A stretch of 64,000 bases of DNA from Minisyncoccia bacterium (GTDB lineage Bacteria; Patescibacteriota; Minisyncoccia; Moranbacterales; GCA-2747515). Shown piece by piece: positions 7,682-15,536 of the stretch; the first letter of the stretch is position 1, and each line of letters begins with the position of its first letter. The notes beneath the pieces were generated by a model that made no database searches, was not told the DNA's origin, and saw nothing but the letters and a program-made list of their open reading frames with translations. The stretch is from contig JBGSQF010000012.1 in assembly GCA_041738235.1 (NCBI GenBank), forward strand, positions 10,363 to 74,362, in the 5' to 3' direction. The position numbers and the translations under genes were made by a program.

Positions 7682-9697
7682 TCATTTGAGGTAAAAGGAG
7701 ATGGTGCGTTCCACCGTCGGGAACTCCCCGCATGTGGATCGGATAAGGACGCGGTAGGTCCTCCATCCTCCGTCTCCAAGCTTGATGTTGTCGTTGTCGA
7801 CCCTCTCGTGTGCGGATTGCCCGACACCGAGAATGCCGATGGTGTCGCGATCACGATAGGTGCCGGAGTTGATGAAGTACTGGGCCTCCGCTTCGCATGT
7901 CATTGGTCCATTCCCCACGTTTTGGAAATTCACGTTGGGGTGGTAGCGCCTTCCTTTGCTTCCGGTCCCGCCATCCCTCACGATCTTTCCGTCGTAGTCG
8001 AGCCACAGGTCCGTTATGGCGATACGGGGGATAGCCGGGTTCACATAGAACCAGAAGTCGGAGGCATTGTTGCCCTCATCCGCTTCCGTGACGTTTCCCT
8101 GATAGTCGGCTACGGCTCGTCCTCTCCACCAACCAGGGACATTTGCGGTAAAGGGCTCGCCTCCGGTATATTCCTGACTGATCGATCCAGGATTAAGCTC
8201 GTCCACGCCGTCGTCCATGACATAGTTGAGATTTCCATTTGGGGTTTGTAACTGATAGGCCATCCGTGATGCGGCCGCTTTCCTTCCCCCAATGTTCTCA
8301 ACGTTGGCCCAGAGACCGAAGTGGTTGCCTTGAGTCAGAGAGGTCCTTCCGTTCGTGAGTCCCGCTCCTGAGATCACCATATCCGGTCGGTAGAGGTTCG
8401 GAGCGTTAAGGTCGTAGGCGAAGGATTCGATTCGGGAGGTGTTATCTCCCTCATCGGATTCCGATACCTCGTCTTCCGCGTCGCCCTTGGTCTTGAACTC
8501 GACCCGGGTGGTGTTGACGCTGGGGATGGTATAGGTATACGTTTCCTGGATCATTTGCCCTTCGTCGAGCTTGGCGATCGTCATGTAGCCCCGGTTGATC
8601 TTGATCCAGTCCCCGCCGTCAAACCTGACATAGTAGTCGATCTCGATCGTGTCTTTCCCGGGGTCGGCCCAATTACCGGCGTCATCGTGTTCAGCAATTG
8701 CCTGTACACGAAGCTTGACCGTCAGGGGTCCGAGTGTATCGCGTCCTGCGATGAACTCGTTGCCGTCGGGATCGAGAATGTCGAAGTCGAAGGTGAGGTT
8801 GGTTTGAGTGGGGTTTCCGTTATACCCGTCACCGCCCACGCCGTAGGTGTTCCCGCTGGTCTTGCCCGTTTCATTCACTGCGCTCCATACGGAAGGATCG
8901 ACGGCACATTGCGGGCTGTTCTCGGCGACGCACTCCAGATAAAACTGAACATCCTGCATATCGCACCGAGAGTCGGGTGGCAGTTGGTTCCAGCACATGG
9001 TGGGAAACCAGGCACTCGTTACAGTGATCGGATTGGGGATGTTCGTAGGAATCCTCGACAGGTAGTTATCTGGACCGGTGTGGACGATGAAGTCGATGGG
9101 GTCGATGAGGCCATTGTCATAGTAAGACTTTCCATTTACGACAATGGGAAATCCATATTTGTCCCATGACCATCTCCCATATCCACTCGAAATCGGATTT
9201 GGGAGATCAGGGTGAACCACTCCAAAGTGAAGATGGTTCCCGCCGACCCAGTTCCCGATATACCCGATCGTCTCTCCGGCTTTGACCGTCACACCAGGAT
9301 CTTTGGCATCGCTCTTGCGAACGTGCCCATAAAGGACAACGAAATCTCCATACTCGTTACTACGATGACGAACGAGCAGGGCGATGTTGTCATTGGTGCC
9401 GTCGTTACTCCAATAGGATTGACTCCATGATTGCACGACACCGTCGGAAATGGCACGAACAGGCGTTCCATATCCGGCCAAGAGGTCGACGCCGATATGG
9501 TAGACGGGTCCGTTGTCTCCCGGTGGATAGCATCCATCGTGATATTCCGGCTTCGTGAGCCACTTACCACAGTCGGCAACCTTGAGATTATCCGTCCCAA
9601 CGGGATAGACGAATCCGGTTTGAGTGTAGATGGAGTCGGCGGAGGTTACCGTCGAGAGCATCAAGAGACACAGCGCGAGAAAGGCATGAATGCCCAT
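7682..9697 (-). CDS. secreted M23 (LytM) family metallopeptidase with long C-terminal beta-rich region
   Basis: Signal peptide MGIHAFLALCLLMLSTVTSA. M23 motifs HIGVDL...GTPVRA and GNHLHFGVV. About 450 C-terminal residues rich in G/N/D/T. GC-rich relative to its flanks. Confidence 0.8.
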   Translation of the reverse strand: MGIHAFLALCLLMLSTVTSADSIYTQTGFVYPVGTDNLKVADCGKWLTKPEYHDGCYPPGDNGPVYHIGVDLLAGYGTPVRAISDGVVQSWSQSYWSNDGTNDNIALLVRHRSNEYGDFVVLYGHVRKSDAKDPGVTVKAGETIGYIGNWVGGNHLHFGVVHPDLPNPISSGYGRWSWDKYGFPIVVNGKSYYDNGLIDPIDFIVHTGPDNYLSRIPTNIPNPITVTSAWFPTMCWNQLPPDSRCDMQDVQFYLECVAENSPQCAVDPSVWSAVNETGKTSGNTYGVGGDGYNGNPTQTNLTFDFDILDPDGNEFIAGRDTLGPLTVKLRVQAIAEHDDAGNWADPGKDTIEIDYYVRFDGGDWIKINRGYMTIAKLDEGQMIQETYTYTIPSVNTTRVEFKTKGDAEDEVSESDEGDNTSRIESFAYDLNAPNLYRPDMVISGAGLTNGRTSLTQGNHFGLWANVENIGGRKAAASRMAYQLQTPNGNLNYVMDDGVDELNPGSISQEYTGGEPFTANVPGWWRGRAVADYQGNVTEADEGNNASDFWFYVNPAIPRIAITDLWLDYDGKIVRDGGTGSKGRRYHPNVNFQNVGNGPMTCEAEAQYFINSGTYRDRDTIGILGVGQSAHERVDNDNIKLGDGGWRTYRVLIRSTCGEFPTVERTISFYLK

Positions 9698-9785
9698 GAG
9701 TTTTTACCTCGTACAAGTTGTTAACGATCACTATGCCGGAACAATACCGAAAACCAAGGAGAAGAATTTCTCTTCGGTTGGGGAA

Positions 9786-10433
9786 TTACTCCGTGAGGGG
9801 CTTGAGCGTTTGGAGAATGCCGTAGTATACATCCTTAACTTCATAATTTTGCGAATAATTCAAAAAGAAAATTCTCAGCATGAAAACATTATTCCCAACA
9901 AACATTGTGAACATCTGTCCTCTATCCAATACCCCTTCCTTGAAATACGGTAGCTCAACTCTATCATAGGAGTCTTTTTGCATGCTAATATTTGCATTAG
10001 CATCTACAAGAGAAGAAGGTGTTATCTGAACAATGCATTCCCCTTCCCCCTCAATAAAAGCGTTCCCATATTTCTCAGTGCCAATACATGCAGAACCCTC
10101 AAGTAAATCATCTCGCACAACCCACCCCTCTTCCTTTGGATATCGAAACTCAATTCCCAATTGTTCATTACGATAGTATCCTGTCCATTTCGTCGTATCT
10201 ACTGCAGGAAGAGTGATCGTTTCGGATCGGTCTATGAGATCTTGAAATGTTTTGGGGGGGTTGTTTTTTTCTTCTTTCTGTCCTTCCTCCATTTTCCTCT
10301 GCTCTTCTTCGATCTGTTTTTGGGCCATTTGCGCATCTTTCTTTACCTCTCCCGAGTACCACAAAACACCCCCGGCAATAAGGACGGCGGTGGCGAGGAA
10401 GATACTCAAGAAAACGATACTTTTTTTGTTCAT
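9786..10433 (-). CDS. hypothetical secreted/membrane-anchored protein
   Basis: N-terminal TM MNKKSIVFLSIFLATAVLIAGGVLW, then a charged E/K/Q-rich stretch. Confidence 0.5.
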   Translation of the reverse strand: MNKKSIVFLSIFLATAVLIAGGVLWYSGEVKKDAQMAQKQIEEEQRKMEEGQKEEKNNPPKTFQDLIDRSETITLPAVDTTKWTGYYRNEQLGIEFRYPKEEGWVVRDDLLEGSACIGTEKYGNAFIEGEGECIVQITPSSLVDANANISMQKDSYDRVELPYFKEGVLDRGQMFTMFVGNNVFMLRIFFLNYSQNYEVKDVYYGILQTLKPLTE

Positions 10434-10550
10434 AGGAGTGGGTTATATAAATTTTTTGTGAACGGATCAATGTAATATATTGTACAGTATTTGTCAATGG
10501 TCCGGTAGTTCTCTTTTTTCTTTTCCCCTCTTTACTCTCTCTTCTGCATC

Positions 10551-10648
10551 TTCGACTTCCCGACTTTATGGACTTCCTGACTTTCGACTCTTAATCCCCC
10601 TAACTTTTGACTTTATGGACTTTATAGACTTTCAACTCTACAAACTCT
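10551..10648 (+). repeat. phased GACTTT repeat array, copy R2
   Basis: TTCGACTTCCCGACTTTATGGACTTCCTGACTTTCGACTC...TTTTGACTTTATGGACTTTATAGACTTTCAACTCTACAAACTC. Confidence 0.7.
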
Positions 10649-11315
10649 TACACACTTCCGTGCACGGATCGAGCCACGCGGATAGTTCCGCTTTTGATGC
10701 TACATATCCGCGAATGTTCGGCGTAGAGCCTTTAAAAAAACCAAGATGCAGATGCTTTCGTTCGCCATCGGTGTCGGCACTGCCACCGGCACCCAGTATG
10801 CCGATCTCTTCCCCCTGATCGACCTGGTCCCCCACCTTCCAATCCACACTTCCAAGAGCCAGATGTCCATATATCACCGAGATAGGATTGCCACGGAGAT
10901 CACACAACTGCGCCACCACTCCGCCGTATCCGGAAGCGGATCGCTTGAGGGTAAGTTTCCCCGTGCAGACGGCTCGGATCGGAACATCCACATTGGTTTC
11001 TGACGGAAATGTCTCAAGATCCGTACCGGTGTGATATCCGCGAAAACGCTCCGGCTGCACAGGTGAGGTCTTGGGGTCGATAAAAATACCGAAAGGCTTT
11101 TTGGTTACTCTTTCCGACACACGATCGATCGGCGACGCAAACTCCGGCGCCACCACAGCAGGCACCTCCGTCACCACGGGCGCCGCATTCTGGTCCGTCA
11201 CTGGGGGCGCGACAACATTCGAATTCTCCGAAACACTTTGTTGTCCTTTCCACAGCAAAACCCCCACCACCAAAATAACCACAGCAATTCCCGAAAGAAG
11301 AAATTTTTTGTACAT
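10638..11315 (-). CDS. M23 (LytM) family peptidase, membrane-anchored
   Basis: Signal anchor MYKKFLLSGIAVVILVVGVLL. M23 motifs GYHTGTDLE...VIYGHL...HLHLGFF. Confidence 0.8.
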   Translation of the reverse strand: MYKKFLLSGIAVVILVVGVLLWKGQQSVSENSNVVAPPVTDQNAAPVVTEVPAVVAPEFASPIDRVSERVTKKPFGIFIDPKTSPVQPERFRGYHTGTDLETFPSETNVDVPIRAVCTGKLTLKRSASGYGGVVAQLCDLRGNPISVIYGHLALGSVDWKVGDQVDQGEEIGILGAGGSADTDGERKHLHLGFFKGSTPNIRGYVASKAELSAWLDPCTEVCKSL

Positions 11316-11348
11316 ATCAAAAATTCAGATCACTGAAGTGTCTCTTTC

Positions 11349-12200
11349 TTATTTAACAACTTCATTAGATGCCCCACCTAAAACTTGCACATCCTCACTA
11401 ATACTCTCTTTTTTTTGTTCCGCTCCCACGATCTCACCTGTTAGTTTCTCCTCTATCAATTGGGGAGGATCATCCTTATTGATCATTTTTACTTCCCCCT
11501 CTAAAGGCTCTGGGACATCTTCACTTTTTACACTGTCAGCTACACAAGGTATTTTTGATTCGTTGTCTTGTGCCGGATTCAGTTTAACATCCCATCGATC
11601 TTGACTCTCCTGTTCCTTCTCTTTATTTTTATCAAAGTCAGGATGCTTATCACCGTGATCTTCTTCCTCATGAGAATTCTCTTTATGTTTGTCCGATCTA
11701 TGATCATCATCATCGTCTTTTTTGTCTTTGCATGAATGCTTTTTGTTTCTTTCATTAGAGCACTTTTTTGTATCCACCTTAAATGTTTTCGATACGATCT
11801 CGCTCTTCCATTCCACATTTTCATTATTTACAGCAACCGCCTGAAAGTACGTTGGATCTCCATCAGGAATAGAAACGCATGATCCTGAATAAGCGGTCCC
11901 ACCAGAAACCGGGTCACCGTCATTTGAAAACTCATACCAGATCGTGGCTGTGCCAGACGAAAGTCCCGAATATGCGAGTGACACACAAGGCGTTGTTTTA
12001 TAAAAACCATCTTCCCCATCCGGAAATTCCGGAGAAATAATTGCCTCGATCTCTGGGATCCAATGCGCAGCAGAAAATTCATTCTTCTGAACTAAGGCAC
12101 TATCTACAAACAGTGAATTTGTCCCGGAAATAGAATCCAAGTGAGCGCCTGACCAGACAAAGAAGAAGGCCAGCATTATTCTGGATATACTCTTTGCCAT
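11349..12200 (-). CDS. secreted protein with Asp/His/Lys-rich low-complexity segment, last gene of the sipW locus
   Basis: Likely start MAKSISRIMLAFFFVWSGA (signal peptide) at 12200; the longer ORF running to 12353 would overlap sipW. Contains KKHSCKDKKDDDDDHRSDKHKENSHEEEDHGDKH. Confidence 0.5.
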   Translation of the reverse strand: MAKSISRIMLAFFFVWSGAHLDSISGTNSLFVDSALVQKNEFSAAHWIPEIEAIISPEFPDGEDGFYKTTPCVSLAYSGLSSGTATIWYEFSNDGDPVSGGTAYSGSCVSIPDGDPTYFQAVAVNNENVEWKSEIVSKTFKVDTKKCSNERNKKHSCKDKKDDDDDHRSDKHKENSHEEEDHGDKHPDFDKNKEKEQESQDRWDVKLNPAQDNESKIPCVADSVKSEDVPEPLEGEVKMINKDDPPQLIEEKLTGEIVGAEQKKESISEDVQVLGGASNEVVK

Positions 12201-12220
12201 AAAGAAATAAGTTTCCTTCC

Positions 12221-12847
12221 TTACCATATAATTTTTCGCTTCGGTTTTCTTATAGAATTCGAAACAATCGATCGATCCGGTTTTATTATAATTATCGGTC
12301 TCTCTTTGACTGGTTCCAAGGTTCGTGAGGCCTTCTTCTTTCGACGACCCCAAGAACGCTCGATCTCTGCAACTATCTTCCTCAGTTCTTCATACACAAT
12401 AACAACAGCCGGAATAACAATGAACAGAATAAACCCAACTGGCTTTTTCACATAATCAACCGCATATCCCAAGTACGGGATCTGAAACAACACCTTTCCT
12501 ATAACATCACTTTCCGGAACCAGTTCCCCATCTTCAACTTCATTGGCATCTCCTTTAAAAACAAAAACCTTCTGTCCCTCTTTTGTGTCTTCTCGAACAA
12601 TGCGGTGGGTGATGGTCACGCTCTTATCGCTTGTTTGACGAGTTGCAATATCGCCAATTCCATATCCAGAAACCTTTCGAACAAGAATAACACTACCGGT
12701 ATGAATGGTAGGCTCCATAGACCCTGATTGCACCACAAAAGAGCGCAGACCAAGAACAGAGAACGTAGAAAGAGCTAGAAACCCTGCGATGACAATAAAC
12801 ACAACAACCACAACATTCGCCACGATCGAAAATATCTTTTTGAACAT
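12221..12847 (-). CDS. sipW: signal peptidase I, SipW/archaeal type (S26B)
   Basis: N-terminal TM, then VVQSGSMEPTIHTGSVILV (SGSMEPT catalytic Ser box of SipW-type SPases). A second TM follows, then a basic tail. Confidence 0.8.
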   Translation of the reverse strand: MFKKIFSIVANVVVVVFIVIAGFLALSTFSVLGLRSFVVQSGSMEPTIHTGSVILVRKVSGYGIGDIATRQTSDKSVTITHRIVREDTKEGQKVFVFKGDANEVEDGELVPESDVIGKVLFQIPYLGYAVDYVKKPVGFILFIVIPAVVIVYEELRKIVAEIERSWGRRKKKASRTLEPVKERPIIIIKPDRSIVSNSIRKPKRKIIW

Positions 12848-12969
12848 ATCAGACTCAAAACTAATTTAAGAAAACAAGCGATCAAACCACCCTATTACCC
12901 TTCACCAGAAAACATCTCCTTGCCACCCCCACCCCATGAAGTCTCACGGGGTGAAAGGGGTTTGGACCA

Positions 12970-13551
12970 TTAGAAACCTGAATTAAGATCAGCTGGCCAG
13001 ATCGTTGCCCCTGCCTGGCGAGCTTGTACATAAAGACTTGCATTATATACCTCATTCTGATACGAATCTCCGGCATTTACGCTCAACTTAACCGTCACCC
13101 GAAACTGTGACTTTCCACCAGCGGGGATAGTATAGTTGGCAGTATCTGCTCCAGTCGGGCTATCATAGAAGATCCCTGTTATAGGATCCACCGATGCCAA
13201 TGTTACCCAAACAAAACCATCCCATCGTTCTACCTTTGCCACGCTGATCATTGTATCGGTTAAGCTTGTGTCAACCCAATTGCCCACAGCCGCCCCACGG
13301 ATCTGCACGCCACTCGTACTCGTATTTTTGACATCAAAATTCACCAATGCCGTATCCCCAGGCAACAAGCCTGTGATATGAAATGGGGTCATTGTGGTAT
13401 CAGTATTTTGATCTTGAATATCAATTGTCAATGTCCCCGTTGTGATATCACTCCCAAGAACCTCACCTTTTACACTAAAATATGCGTATGTTCCCCCAAC
13501 GATCGCGACAGCTGCCGCAATAATGAGAAAACTTTTTAAGATCTGTTTCAT
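12970..13551 (-). CDS. TasA/camelysin-like (peptidase M73 family fold) secreted protein with SipW-cognate signal peptide
   Basis: MKQILKSFLIIAAAVAIVGGTYAYFS matches the SipW-cognate signal (GGGT.A.F). TGTLTIDI and LLPGDTALVNFDVKNTSTS parallel B. subtilis TasA segments ASGTLDL and LKPGDKLTKDFQFENNGS. Confidence 0.7.
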   Translation of the reverse strand: MKQILKSFLIIAAAVAIVGGTYAYFSVKGEVLGSDITTGTLTIDIQDQNTDTTMTPFHITGLLPGDTALVNFDVKNTSTSGVQIRGAAVGNWVDTSLTDTMISVAKVERWDGFVWVTLASVDPITGIFYDSPTGADTANYTIPAGGKSQFRVTVKLSVNAGDSYQNEVYNASLYVQARQAGATIWPADLNSGF

Positions 13552-13699
13552 ATATTTGTAATTATCTTTTATTATTTATTTTATTCTGTCACATCGACGC
13601 TTACAGGGGGGATGCCCGTGACAGATCTTCTCAAGAAGCGATAGTATCTCCTTGCTCCCCCTGCCCCAAGAGAAGCCTCAGGGCAAGAGGAGTTTGGAT

Positions 13700-14284
13700 T
13701 TATTCACTCCAATCCGGATTCTCAAGTTGCGTCCCATCCACAACAATATCAGCAGTCGCACTTCCACCTTGCATATCGTTATCCGCAGATGGATCAAGCT
13801 GGAAAGAAAGCTTAAAACAATGAGAGATGTTTACTCCAAGCGAACCCGTTGGCGCCGTTATCGAACTTACCGGAGATTCAAAACTGAGATCGGATAACTT
13901 CCCAGTATTCGAATACGTTACAGAACTGATATCCCCAGGATCTCCGCCACAAAACCCGTGTTCCACTTTCACATTGATCTTGTCATAAAATCCTGGAATT
14001 GTTTCACTCCATGTCCCATCTTGGAAACGATACTTGATCGGTACAGTCGAAAGTTCATTATATACCGTCATCTTATACGGCCCGTACCATACACCGGGTT
14101 CCATCTCTGTAAGATTCACACTTTGACTTTCCGTCACGTCACCGTTCAACTTAAAATCAAGTTTTCCAGAAGCAAACGTGTTGCCACTCACCACAGCCTG
14201 ATCGGTGAAATATGCCCATGTCGCCCCTCCCGCCACTACTGCGACTGCAACTACAACGAAGATGCTTTTCAGAATATTTTTCAT
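13700..14284 (-). CDS. TasA/camelysin-like secreted protein, paralog of 12970..13551
   Basis: Start chosen at MKNILKSIFVVVAVAVVAGGATWAYFTDQAVVSGNTFASGKLDFKL, a classic SipW-cognate signal plus the TasA-like ATFASGTLDL-type block. The ORF-track extension to 14383 adds an implausible 33-aa leader. Confidence 0.7.
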   Translation of the reverse strand: MKNILKSIFVVVAVAVVAGGATWAYFTDQAVVSGNTFASGKLDFKLNGDVTESQSVNLTEMEPGVWYGPYKMTVYNELSTVPIKYRFQDGTWSETIPGFYDKINVKVEHGFCGGDPGDISSVTYSNTGKLSDLSFESPVSSITAPTGSLGVNISHCFKLSFQLDPSADNDMQGGSATADIVVDGTQLENPDWSE

Positions 14285-14662
14285 ACATCGTATAGAAAAT
14301 GAATTATACTTTTTAGAATATTTGTCACATCGACCTTGTGACGTGCATACCGATACGTTCAAACATAACAAAACGCTCAACAAAAAAACCGACGAGGATC
14401 AAACAGAAAGATCTGTTGAACCTTCGTCGGTTCTCTCCAGGAAACTGATGACATACAAAGAATGGATGTTCATAAAGGGAGAGCGGGATCGCTAATTTAT
14501 TTTTTTTTAAAAACCTTCAGAAAAACTCCTTATAAATCATACTACAAAAGATCTGTAAAAATATTCCAAACCATTCTCTTTTGATCATTATTTTATAAAA
14601 TTTCTATAAAAATATTAATTTTCTTCAACTTCTTTCACTTGTTTTGTCAATCCGCGCCCCAC

Positions 14663-14800
14663 TTACTCATTTTCCATGAGGTCTTTCTGGTACCGCCCTG
14701 GCGTGATGATCTCTTCGAGCCTCAAGTGATGCGGAGCCCGAATAAGAATCCCGATAACAAAAAGTATCACTACATTCCCAACCGTGAAGGAAATAAAAAA
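14663..14800 (-). pseudogene. 3' gene fragment paralogous to the membrane hydrolase gene 27102..27593; no start codon
   Basis: Minus-strand translation FFISFTVGNVVILFVIGILIRAPHHLRLEEIITPGRYQKDLMENE* aligns with the C-terminus of the 27102..27593 product (...YRALHHFRLEEIITPERYQKDLMEGIGD). About 65 nt at 14679-14744 are near-identical to 27124-27188. Confidence 0.5.
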
Positions 14801-14826
14801 GCCCCGATCTAACGGGGCTCTTTTTA
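14795..14826. terminator. bidirectional rho-independent terminator
   Basis: AAAAAAGCCCCGATCTAACGGGGCTCTTTTT: a 5-bp GC stem flanked by an A-run and a T-run, immediately downstream of the minus-strand gene 14837..15411. Confidence 0.6.
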
Positions 14827-14836
14827 TACCAGAAGA

Positions 14837-15411
14837 TTATCGTCTGTTATTGTCTTTTCGATCATGCTCTTTGTTGTAATCATTCTTTCCCTCTTCAAAT
14901 CCTTGGTTGTATCCCTCGTCATATCCACCATTGTATTCATTGTCATGACCATTTCGATAGTCATCGTTATCGTCATCTTTCTTTCCGTCGTCATGTCCAT
15001 CGTTGTATCCATCTTCATGACCATCCCTGTGCCCTCTGTCATGATCCCTATCATTGTGATCATCATCCCGATTGTCATGTCCATAGCGAGACTTATGCTC
15101 TTTCTTTACCTTCTTGGCTTTTTTATCCTTATCCCCTCTGCCATCTGTTACGATCGCTACATTATCTCCCTCCCCCACTTCCTCACTAAATTTTGTATCC
15201 TTGTTCGTTGAAACTTCAATATCCTTTCCGTCAAAAGTTCTGATCTTGAGTTTGTCTCGATCAAAACTCGTCACTGTGCCGGTGTATGTTTTGGCAGTGA
15301 ATTTTTCGATAAACCCGGAACGCGCCTCAGCTGAGGTAGCGGCAAAACCAACTCCTGCGCATAGAACTCCCAAAACCACAGATGTTCCGATAATTTTCTT
15401 GGCTAACATAG
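14837..15411 (-). CDS. secreted protein with extreme Asp/His/Asn/Gly-rich C-terminal low-complexity tail
   Basis: Start chosen at MLAKKIIGTSVVLGVLCAGVGFAATSAEA (signal peptide). Tail reads HDNRDDDHNDRDHDRGHRDGHEDGYNDGHDDGKKDDDNDDYRNGHDNEYNGGYDEGYNQGFEEG. Confidence 0.5.
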
Positions 15412-15536
15412 TTTTTATATTATAGAAATTACAGTGAAGTGCTATTATACCATACATACAATACGGCACAAGCCCCCGGATCAAATCCGGATACTGCAAC
15501 CAGTACAATCAACACAAGAAGATATTTCAATACACT

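Noticed and set aside
7600-7854. 84-aa ORF 7600..7854 (-) overlapping the end of the M23 gene and its terminator
   Set aside because: It lies in an alternative frame of the M23 3' end and spans the terminator hairpin. Ser/Thr-rich nonsense translation.
14824-15211. ORFs 14824..15084 (-) and 14864..15211 (+) with M/T/I-rich repetitive translations
   Set aside because: They are frame shadows of the Asp/His-rich repetitive tail of gene 14837..15411. The repetitive DNA keeps all frames open.
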